Under the pieces are notes generated by a model. It had not been told where the DNA came from and did not search any database. It saw only the letters and a list, made by a program, of their open reading frames with translations. Below are positions 56,793-64,000 of a DNA stretch of 64,000 bases, piece after piece (positions within the stretch are counted from its first letter, which is position 1; the number at the start of each line of letters is the position of its first letter). Source of the DNA: Clostridia bacterium (lineage in GTDB: Bacteria; Bacillota; Clostridia; HGM11514); contig JAZNAU010000038.1 of NCBI GenBank assembly GCA_045586685.1, positions 15,904 to 79,903 on the forward strand. Direction: 5' to 3'. The position numbers and the translations under genes are program-made.

Positions 56793-57836
56793 TTATTTAA
56801 AATACTCTTCCAAAATTTCATTGTAAGCTGAAAATGCTGAAGGAATCGCACATCGCTCTACCACCTGAGACCAATTCATCCAGACAAAATCTCCCCAAGG
56901 CTTTGACACTTGAACAAGATAGCCTTTCATATCCCATTCAATATGAGTAAAAATATGCTTTGCCCCTCCCACTGACTTCATTTTCTCTATCTGTGCTCCT
57001 TGCTCGGTGAGAAGATTGTGACATTGGGTCATGGTGAGCCTTTCTTCCATCCAAGGATACTCCCACATTTTTGCAAGAAGTCCTTTCTCTCCCCGTTTTC
57101 GAACTGCAACTTTCTGCTCACACACCATTAGCAACACCGTTTTTTCTTCTTTTTTCCGTTTTTGCTTTTTTTCTTTGACGGGGAGCTCGTTTTGAATTCC
57201 TTTTTTGTAAGCCTGACATATTTTATTCACAGGACATTCATCACATTTGGGTTGTCCGTTAGGCAGACAAACCATAGCACCAAGCTCCATCAATGCCTGA
57301 TTAAAATCCCCCACTCTTTTGGGCAGAATCTCTTTAATTTCTATTCCCATTCCTTTCATAACAGCAGGACTGCTGATGTTATCAAAGCTTGCCTTGATTC
57401 TAGAAATCACACGAAGCACATTTCCGTCCACTGCAGGAACAGGTTGGTTATAGGCAATAGAAGAAATTGCCCCTGCGCTGTATACACCGATTCCGGGAAG
57501 TTCAAGGAGTTTTTCATATTCTTTAGGTAAAATACCGTCATACTGCTCCATAACGATCCGTGCCGCTTTTTGCATATTTCGTACACGATTATAATATCCT
57601 AAACCCTCCCACAGTTTTAACAAAACATCCTCCTCCGCCTCTGCCAAGGCTTGAATGGTAGGTAATGTATCTAAAAATCTATCATAATAAGGTTTTGCTG
57701 TCTTCACTCTCGTTTGTTGCAGCATAATTTCAGACAGCCAAACCCGATAAGGCGACGGGTCATCACGCCATGCAAGCACACGGGCATTCCGGTCGTACCA
57801 TGCAAGCAAGGGATCAACAATACGAATTAACTCCAT
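56793..57836 (-). CDS. mutY: A/G-specific adenine DNA glycosylase
   Basis: HhH-GPD core (LPGIGVYSAGAI), Fe-S cluster loop C-x6-C-x2-C-x5-C (CLPNGQPKCDECPVNKIC) and a NUDIX-like C-terminal domain. Confidence 0.92.
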   Translation of the reverse strand: MELIRIVDPLLAWYDRNARVLAWRDDPSPYRVWLSEIMLQQTRVKTAKPYYDRFLDTLPTIQALAEAEEDVLLKLWEGLGYYNRVRNMQKAARIVMEQYDGILPKEYEKLLELPGIGVYSAGAISSIAYNQPVPAVDGNVLRVISRIKASFDNISSPAVMKGMGIEIKEILPKRVGDFNQALMELGAMVCLPNGQPKCDECPVNKICQAYKKGIQNELPVKEKKQKRKKEEKTVLLMVCEQKVAVRKRGEKGLLAKMWEYPWMEERLTMTQCHNLLTEQGAQIEKMKSVGGAKHIFTHIEWDMKGYLVQVSKPWGDFVWMNWSQVVERCAIPSAFSAYNEILEEYFK

Positions 57837-57932
57837 CCTTTTTCCTCCTCTCTAATTATTATTATAACACAAAACGCTCCCACATTCAAGGTGTTTTACC
57901 GATTCCAAAACGGAATATTAAGGAATTAACAT

Positions 57933-57975
57933 AAAAAAAGAACTGTAACAAAATGAAATCTTTTTGCCACAGTTC
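57933..57975 (-). terminator. Terminator of the amino-acid ABC transporter operon
   Basis: GAACTGT...ACAGTTC outer stem and CAAAA/TTTTG inner stem, followed by T7 on the minus strand. Confidence 0.7.
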
Positions 57976-57990
57976 CTTATTTTGTTTTCA

Positions 57991-58737
57991 TTATAATACA
58001 CTGTTTAAAAATTGCCGTGTTCTGGAATCCTGAGGATGTTCAAAAATATTTTCCGGTGCTCCTTCCTCTACAATATTCCCGTCACACATAAACAAAACTC
58101 TATTTGCGACTTCACGGGCAAATCCCATTTCATGGGTTACAACCACCATGGTCATTCCCTCTTGGGCAAGCTGTTTCATAACTGCCAATACCTCTCCCAC
58201 CATTTCGGGGTCCAAAGCTGAGGTGGGTTCATCAAACAACATAACATTCGGATTCATGCAAAGAGCACGCACAATAGCAACTCTCTGTTTCTGTCCGCCT
58301 GACAACTGAGAAGGATAAGCACCGCTTCTATCTGCCAAACCAACCCGTTCCAACAACTCCATTGCTTTTTTTTCTGCATCCTCACGGGGCATTTTCAAAA
58401 GTTTCATGGGAGCTAAGGTCATGTTACGCAACACTGTCATGTGTGGAAACAAATTAAATTGCTGAAAAACCATTCCCATCTTCTGGCGGTGTTCATTGAT
58501 ATTGACTTTCGGGTCTGTAATATCCGTTCCTTCAAAAAATACCTTTCCCTCAGACGCAGTCTCCAAAAGATTCAAAGAACGCAAAAAAGTTGATTTTCCG
58601 GAACCGGAAGGTCCGATTACAACCACAACTTCCCCCTTTTTAATTTCAGCATCCACATGATCTAATGCTTTAATTTCGTTATTTTTTCCGTAATATCTGC
58701 AAAGGCCTTCTGTTTTGATAATCACATTATCGTTCAC
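57991..58737 (-). CDS. Polar amino acid ABC transporter ATP-binding protein
   Basis: Walker [10 protein letters not shown], signature LSGGQKQR, Walker [12 protein letters not shown]. GlnQ/ArtP-like. Confidence 0.92.
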   Translation of the reverse strand: MNDNVIIKTEGLCRYYGKNNEIKALDHVDAEIKKGEVVVVIGPSGSGKSTFLRSLNLLETASEGKVFFEGTDITDPKVNINEHRQKMGMVFQQFNLFPHMTVLRNMTLAPMKLLKMPREDAEKKAMELLERVGLADRSGAYPSQLSGGQKQRVAIVRALCMNPNVMLFDEPTSALDPEMVGEVLAVMKQLAQEGMTMVVVTHEMGFAREVANRVLFMCDGNIVEEGAPENIFEHPQDSRTRQFLNSVL

Positions 58738-59455
58738 TCTTTCTCAGCCTCCTTTCAAGCACATCAACCAACCATGTAAAGAACATTACCATTACAAGGT
58801 AGATGGCTGCAATGGCAAGCAAAGGCCAAAAACTCTGATAAGTAATTCCTCTTATAATATTTGCACCTCTGGTCAGGTCCGTAACGCCTACATAACCGGC
58901 AATCGCAGTTTCCTTCAAAAGAACGATAAATTCATTTGCCAATGCAGGGAGAATGTTTTTAAAGGTTTGAGGCAATACAATATACCACATTGTCATCATA
59001 TAGTTAAATCCAAGAGAACGTCCCGCCTCTGTTTGCCCTATATCAATGCTCATAATACCGCCTCTGATAATCTCCGCTACATATGCACCTGAGTTAATAC
59101 CAAAGGCAATGATACCGCAAAGCATTTTATTATCAGAACTTGCCATGATAATAAAAAATATAATCAAAATTTGAACCATTGCAGGTGTTCCTCTAATAAT
59201 GGTAAGATACACCCTACTGATGCCATTTCCTATGGCTAAAAGAAACTTTGTAACAGAAGGCACCATCTCTTTAAACTGCTTGTCGTATGTGGTTCTGATT
59301 GCTGCAACAACCACGCCTAACACAACGCCTAATATCAAAGCAAAAAAAGTAAGAATCAGTGTATTTTGAATTCCTTCTAACAGATATTTCCACCTGTTAT
59401 CGACAATGAAAGCAGTTTCAAAATCTCTACCCAATTTTAAAATCCATTCAGGCAT
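58727..59455 (-). CDS. Polar amino acid ABC transporter permease (His/Glu/Gln/Arg/opine family)
   Basis: Multi-TM protein with an EAA-like loop ([12 protein letters not shown]). Confidence 0.9.
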   Translation of the reverse strand: MPEWILKLGRDFETAFIVDNRWKYLLEGIQNTLILTFFALILGVVLGVVVAAIRTTYDKQFKEMVPSVTKFLLAIGNGISRVYLTIIRGTPAMVQILIIFFIIMASSDNKMLCGIIAFGINSGAYVAEIIRGGIMSIDIGQTEAGRSLGFNYMMTMWYIVLPQTFKNILPALANEFIVLLKETAIAGYVGVTDLTRGANIIRGITYQSFWPLLAIAAIYLVMVMFFTWLVDVLERRLRKSER

Positions 59456-59520
59456 CTTATGAATATTCCTTTCTAAGCATAATGAAAGGGCTGTGAGATA
59501 CAGCCCTTTGATAAGTAAAA

Positions 59521-60279
59521 TTATTCAGCAGGAATATACTTTTGAATGATATTCGCAACTGTACCGTCAGCGATCAGTTCGCCAAGAGCCTTGTCAATCT
59601 GTTCTAAAAGTTCGGGCTGTTCCTTGGATACTGCTGCTGCATAATCTTCTGTAATATATTCGGTATCAAGAATTTTCAGACCGGGGTTGTTTTCAACAAA
59701 TACCTTTGCAGGCTCGTTATCAATAACAACACAATCAACTTTTCCTGAATTCAGAGCCATTACCGCATCAGCACCTTTGTTGAATCTTTCAACTGTGCCA
59801 AGGCCTTCATCTTCAATATCCCATGTGCAGTACAAATCACCTGTTGTAGCGAGCTGAACACCGATTTTGTTGCTGGCACCTTCTTTGAAAAGGTCATCAG
59901 CAGTGGTAATTTCAGAATCTTCTTTTACAATAATCACCTGAACACCTGTTGCATATGTCTGGGTGAAATTAACTTGTTCTTTTCTTTCATCAGTTACGGT
60001 CATACCTGCCATAACAAAATCATACTTGCCGGTCTGAACACCGGGAATCAAAGAATCAAAATCAACATTTTCAATCACAAGCTCTTTTCCCAGTTTTTCT
60101 GCGATTGCCTGAGCAATTTCCGCATCAATACCAACAATTTCTCCGCCTTCCATGTATTCATAGGGCGGAAACTCTGCATTGGTAGCCATGGTCAGGGTTT
60201 TTGCATCGTCACCACCACAGGCAACCAAGGACAGACCACATATTGCAATCAACAACAGGGCCACTACTCTTTTCATCAT
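59521..60279 (-). CDS. Amino acid ABC transporter substrate-binding lipoprotein
   Basis: Lipobox LSLVAC-GG. SBP_bac_3-like (FPPYEY, DFVMAGMTVTDERK). Confidence 0.9.
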   Translation of the reverse strand: MMKRVVALLLIAICGLSLVACGGDDAKTLTMATNAEFPPYEYMEGGEIVGIDAEIAQAIAEKLGKELVIENVDFDSLIPGVQTGKYDFVMAGMTVTDERKEQVNFTQTYATGVQVIIVKEDSEITTADDLFKEGASNKIGVQLATTGDLYCTWDIEDEGLGTVERFNKGADAVMALNSGKVDCVVIDNEPAKVFVENNPGLKILDTEYITEDYAAAVSKEQPELLEQIDKALGELIADGTVANIIQKYIPAE

Positions 60280-60370
60280 AAAAATTCCTCCTACTTAATA
60301 AAATATTATATTATAATCATAGCATATTCATAGTAAAAAAGCAAGCTTTTTTTCAATTTTACCCAAATTT

Positions 60371-61255
60371 TTATGCCCGAGGATGGGTTCTTTGATAAAC
60401 ATCACGAATCCGTTCTTTGGCAAGACGGGCATAGCCTTGGGTGGTAGCAGAGCTAACATGTCCCATTAACTGTTGCATAGAGCGGACATCTGCCCCATTT
60501 TCCAGCAGATGAATAGCAAAGGACTGCCGAAGAATCTGGGGGGTAATTTCTTTTTTTAATCCTGCCATATTCTGATAATGCTTTACTAATTTCCAAAATC
60601 CTTGTCTTGAAAAACGACTGCCGTTACAATTTACAAACAATGCATACTCGTCCGGCCGATACACAAGATAAGGTCTGACCTTTTTTAAATACTCAGAAAT
60701 GCATGAAACTGCCGTTTCATAAACAGGAACGTTTCTTTCATGCTCCCCTTCCCCGCATTTTATGTACCGTTCACGAAGGTTGACATCCTCAACATTTAAT
60801 GCAATCAACTCCGACACACGGATTCCTGTAGCATACAAAAGCTCCAGCATTGCTTTATCACGGCATCCCTTCGAGTCAATGGCCTTTGGCTGGTCTAGCA
60901 ACAGTTCAACCTCAAGATTGGTCAGGATTTTAGGCGTTTTTTTCTCACCTCTGTCAATATGTAACCCCAAAGTCGGGTTCTTTTCCATATTTCCTTTATC
61001 TGTAAAATACTGGTACATAGAGCGAATAGATGAAAGAGTTCTTGCGACCGTCGTCCCTGCTTTTCCCTTGGCAGATAAATCAGATAAATATCGTTCTACC
61101 GTTTTTCGATTCACACCCAACAAATCATCAATTCGTTCCTCTGTTAAAAAACGAAGATAAGCATTCAAATCTCTGCCATAGGATTCCATTGTACTGGCAG
61201 ATGCTCCTTTTTCTTCTTTTAAAAAGGTGAAAAATTCAGTCATATATTCTTCCAT
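60371..61255 (-). CDS. xerD: Site-specific tyrosine recombinase XerD-like
   Basis: SAM-like N-domain plus catalytic R...HxxR...Y (LRQSFAIHLLENGADVRSMQQLMGH...TQGY). The ATG at 61255 follows an AGAGGTG RBS. It sits in a chromosomal context next to spoIIM. Confidence 0.75.
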   Translation of the reverse strand: MEEYMTEFFTFLKEEKGASASTMESYGRDLNAYLRFLTEERIDDLLGVNRKTVERYLSDLSAKGKAGTTVARTLSSIRSMYQYFTDKGNMEKNPTLGLHIDRGEKKTPKILTNLEVELLLDQPKAIDSKGCRDKAMLELLYATGIRVSELIALNVEDVNLRERYIKCGEGEHERNVPVYETAVSCISEYLKKVRPYLVYRPDEYALFVNCNGSRFSRQGFWKLVKHYQNMAGLKKEITPQILRQSFAIHLLENGADVRSMQQLMGHVSSATTQGYARLAKERIRDVYQRTHPRA

Positions 61256-61265
61256 TTCTACACCT

Positions 61266-61886
61266 CTATCCATACAAATTTGAAATCAGTCCCAACAATT
61301 TCGGAACAAAATACACATCAATCATTCCCGCAACTAGCAATCCAACTGTGCAAAAAGCCATCACGGTAAAAAGTTGCAAAGACACCTGTCGAAATCCTTT
61401 CCCCGTTCGTTTTTTGCAACAACACTCCAAAATGTAAAAGGAAGTTTTGGTACACTCCAAGGCTCCTATCAGCAAAAAAGGAACCCAAATCACAGCTGAC
61501 GGTACAATCCCCATAAGTATAAAAGGAATTACTTTTATTCCATACAGGCGAAAAAATACCATTGCCGTAAAACCGGCGGCAAAACCTTTGTACCAAACCA
61601 GAAAAGGAATGACACCAATGCCAAACAAGGAAAAACCACTGACCAAGAGAAGCCCTGACAAGGAAACTGTCTGCAACACAGATTTATGAAACAATTCTCC
61701 GAAAAAAATTTTTTCCGGTTGTGACAGTGTTGTAAAAAAAACACCCAGAAATTCCCGTAATTCATCCTCGTTTCCGATGTTATCAAAACAGCTGCATCCT
61801 AAAATCAGTCCCAATACAAGAGCGGTTATCAAAATAATAAATGAAACACTGTTTCTCGCAATATACTGTTCAATCAATCGTTTCAA
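61266..61886 (-). CDS. spoIIM: Stage II sporulation protein M
   Basis: 206 aa five-TM protein with a SpoIIM-like pattern. TTG start after an AGGTGGGA RBS. Confidence 0.8.
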   Translation of the reverse strand: MKRLIEQYIARNSVSFIILITALVLGLILGCSCFDNIGNEDELREFLGVFFTTLSQPEKIFFGELFHKSVLQTVSLSGLLLVSGFSLFGIGVIPFLVWYKGFAAGFTAMVFFRLYGIKVIPFILMGIVPSAVIWVPFLLIGALECTKTSFYILECCCKKRTGKGFRQVSLQLFTVMAFCTVGLLVAGMIDVYFVPKLLGLISNLYG

Positions 61887-61950
61887 AAATGTCCCACCTA
61901 TCTAAAACAGATACCCTATTTTATGAAGGCGGACAAGAAGTATATCCCTT

Positions 61951-62751
61951 TTATTTACTCATTGCCTCCGATTTATCCGAGCAGCTTTTCATTGCATCCA
62001 TCAATGCTGTTCTAAATCCCTTTTGTTCCAATACCTTTACTGCCTCAATGGTAGTTCCCCCTGGCGAACAAACCATATCCTTTAATTTTGCAGGATGAAT
62101 ACGGGTTTGTGCTGCCATTGCTGCAGACCCTTCTATGGTTTTCGCTGCCAGAACATAAGCCTCCTCGCGGGGAATTCCTGTAAGAACTGCTGCATCCGCC
62201 ATTGCTTCAATCATCATAAAAACATAGGCAGGAGCACTTCCGTTGACTGCAACCGCTGCATTTAACAATTTTTCTTCAAGATAGATACAATCACCCAGAC
62301 AAGAAAGAATTTCCCGTCCTAACTCCACATCTTCCTCGAATACAGACGAATCATAAGTATAAACCGTCATGCCCTTATTTACTTGAGCAGGCATGTTAGG
62401 CATGGTCCTAATGACCCGAACAGGTTTTTGGAAAAAACTTTTAATATAAGAAATGGACAAACCCGGCGCAATGGTAAGATACAGTTTATCCGAAAATTCC
62501 TTTATTTCTTCTAAAACGAAAGGATAAATGTTCGGCTTCACCGCTAAAACAATTACATCAGATTCTTCTGCCACCTGACAATTATCGCGGGTTGTATTCA
62601 CGCCAAATGCAGAAATTTCCCGCAATTTTTCTTCTGATCGGTCGCTTACTGTAATCAATTTTGGAGAAATTCTGCCAACAAGACCTTTTACAATGGCAGA
62701 GGCCATATTTCCCGCGCCGATTACCCCGATTCTTTGTTCTAATAATTTCAT
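61951..62751 (-). CDS. proC: Pyrroline-5-carboxylate reductase
   Basis: IGVIGAGNMA Rossmann motif and C-terminal SPGGTTIEA. The ATG at 62751 is favoured by the AAGGAA RBS. Confidence 0.9.
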   Translation of the reverse strand: MKLLEQRIGVIGAGNMASAIVKGLVGRISPKLITVSDRSEEKLREISAFGVNTTRDNCQVAEESDVIVLAVKPNIYPFVLEEIKEFSDKLYLTIAPGLSISYIKSFFQKPVRVIRTMPNMPAQVNKGMTVYTYDSSVFEEDVELGREILSCLGDCIYLEEKLLNAAVAVNGSAPAYVFMMIEAMADAAVLTGIPREEAYVLAAKTIEGSAAMAAQTRIHPAKLKDMVCSPGGTTIEAVKVLEQKGFRTALMDAMKSCSDKSEAMSK

Positions 62752-62766
62752 AATCATTCCTTCTTT

Positions 62767-62797
62767 CAAAAAACAGACGGAAATTCCCTCCGTCTGT
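62767..62797 (-). terminator. Terminator of the aminotransferase gene
   Basis: ACAGACGGA-GGGAATT-TCCGTCTGT followed by T6 on the minus strand. Confidence 0.8.
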
Positions 62798-62800
62798 TTT

Positions 62801-62829
62801 ATTATAGCATAGATTCAATTTAGTTGCAA
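62801..62829 (-). promoter_or_regulatory. Promoter of proC, abutting/overlapping the upstream terminator
   Basis: TTGCAA-17 nt-TATAAT. The predicted TSS (~62794) falls inside the 5' arm of the terminator hairpin. Confidence 0.6.
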
Positions 62830-62845
62830 CATAAAAAATTTGGTG

Positions 62846-64000
62846 TTAAAATCCTTTTTGTAAAAATTTTTCAATACGATTCAAGCCTTCTTCTATATTT
62901 TTCATAGAGGTTGCATAGGAAAGACGGACAAAGCCATCTGCACTAAAGCCGATACCGGAAACAGCAGCAACCTTGGCAACCTCCAATAATGCTTCACAAA
63001 AATCATCGGAATTTTCAATGTTATGACCATAAAACTCTTTCCCAAAACATTCACTGACATTCATCATAACATAAAATGCACCCGAAGGCTTTTTGCAAGA
63101 CAGACCTTCAATGCTGTTAATCCGGTCAACCATATAATTTCTGCGTTCTTCAAAGGTTTTCCGCATCATTTCTACACATTCCTGCTCTCCGTCCAGTGCT
63201 GCCTCTGCTGCTTTCTGAGCAATAGAGTTTGGATTGGAAGTTTGATGGCTTTGAAGATTTCCCATCGCTTTTGCAAGACTGCTGTTTGACGCAGTATAAC
63301 CGATTCTCCACCCTGTCATAGCATGGCTTTTAGAAAGTCCGTTTATGATGATGGTGCGTTCTTTTATTTCTTCACTGACGGAGGCGATAGAAACGTGCGA
63401 GATTCCGTCATAAATCAGCTTTTCATAAATTTCATCTGATACAATATAAAAATCCTTTTCAACCGCCAATTCACCGATTGCTTTCAATTCTTCTTTCGTA
63501 TAAAGCATACCGGTAGGATTGCTGGGGCTATTTAACACCAAGGCGCGAGTGCGGTCAGTCACCGCTCTTTTCAAATCCTCAACCGTAAATTTAAAATTGT
63601 TTTCTTCCGTAGTAGGCATAATCACCGGCACACCGTCAGCCAGTTTAATCATTTCAGGATAACTGACCCAGTAAGGTGCAGGAACAATGACTTCATCCCC
63701 AGGATTGCAAATTGCAGTAAAGGTATTCACCAAAGACTGCTTGGCTCCATTACTGACAACAATATTGGCAGGGGTATATTCCAATGAATTATCTCTTGCC
63801 AGTTTCCTGCAAATTGCTTCCTTCAGTTCCTTTGTTCCGGAAGCGGGAGTATATTTGGTAAAACCATCCTGGATGGCTTTGATTGCAGCTGCCTTGATGT
63901 AATCGGGAGTATCAAAATCCGGCTGCCCTGCTCCGAACCCGATGACATCTACACCCTCCCCGCGCATTATTTTCACTTTTTCGTCAATCGCTAAGGTAGG
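62846..64000 (-). CDS. Pyridoxal-phosphate-dependent aminotransferase, class I (aspartate aminotransferase-like); 5' end lies outside the window
   Basis: GEGVDVIGFGAGQPDFDTP, NPSNPTG and SKSHAMTGWRIGY (PLP lysine). The frame stays open to the window edge. Confidence 0.88.
   Translation of the reverse strand, partial: PTLAIDEKVKIMRGEGVDVIGFGAGQPDFDTPDYIKAAAIKAIQDGFTKYTPASGTKELKEAICRKLARDNSLEYTPANIVVSNGAKQSLVNTFTAICNPGDEVIVPAPYWVSYPEMIKLADGVPVIMPTTEENNFKFTVEDLKRAVTDRTRALVLNSPSNPTGMLYTKEELKAIGELAVEKDFYIVSDEIYEKLIYDGISHVSIASVSEEIKERTIIINGLSKSHAMTGWRIGYTASNSSLAKAMGNLQSHQTSNPNSIAQKAAEAALDGEQECVEMMRKTFEERRNYMVDRINSIEGLSCKKPSGAFYVMMNVSECFGKEFYGHNIENSDDFCEALLEVAKVAAVSGIGFSADGFVRLSYATSMKNIEEGLNRIEKFLQKGF

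Noticed and set aside
60371-61255. Tyrosine recombinase as a sign of an integrated mobile element.
   Set aside because: It is XerD-like and overlaps the end of spoIIM in a housekeeping context. There are no flanking direct repeats, phage or transposon genes, or compositional shift.
1-64000. Scan for CRISPR arrays, IS elements, prophage genes, toxin-antitoxin or known defence systems.
   Set aside because: No regularly spaced direct repeats, transposases, phage structural genes, or restriction/abortive-infection-type proteins were seen. All ORFs longer than 100 aa not listed as features are shadow frames of confident genes.

Overview
This 64 kb chromosomal window comes from a low-GC, spore-forming Firmicute of the class Clostridia. 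Supporting markers are spoIIM, spoVAE, a SipL-like protein, SLH cell-wall proteins, MurT/GatD and a Phe T-box; a bile-salt-hydrolase-family gene hints at a gut habitat. I call about 59 protein genes, 3 tRNAs (Val-GAC, Val-TAC, Gln-CTG) and one T-box riboswitch (pheST). Many transcription units are visibly bounded by near-consensus TTGACA-17/18-TATAAT promoters and hairpin terminators.

Content is mostly housekeeping:
- guaA (3' part), dCMP deaminase and a GT51 transglycosylase
- a nagB-DUF4838-nagA operon
- two divergent large SLH/S-layer genes and an M15 carboxypeptidase
- OPT transporter plus a PqqD-like protein
- ilvE, and an anomeric-kinase plus nucleotidyltransferase pair
- coaD/rsmD, pheST, lepA/hemW, yabE-like/rsmA and GTP-PEPCK
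- GH26-like hydrolase plus aldo/keto reductase (AKR)
- hisZ-G-A-IE, aroC and murT/gatD
- an RR-HK-HtrA module, capA-family gene, ychF and mutY
- an amino-acid ABC transporter, xerD, spoIIM, proC and an aminotransferase (5' end outside the window)

I found no IS elements, prophage, CRISPR or recognisable defence genes, and no convincing multi-gene novel system. The best leads are:
1. An unannotated 56-codon gene with its own promoter, structured leader and terminator (56454-56786), which falls below the ORF-track cutoff.
2. A translationally coupled OPT-transporter/orphan PqqD(RRE)-like pair.
3. An ~80 bp duplicated bidirectional promoter module bracketing capA and heading the RR-HK-HtrA operon.
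4. A cytoplasmic Cys-rich DUF4838 enzyme embedded between nagB and nagA, behind a nested-hairpin leader.

All calls rest on reading the sequence and ORF translations by eye. No database search was run.
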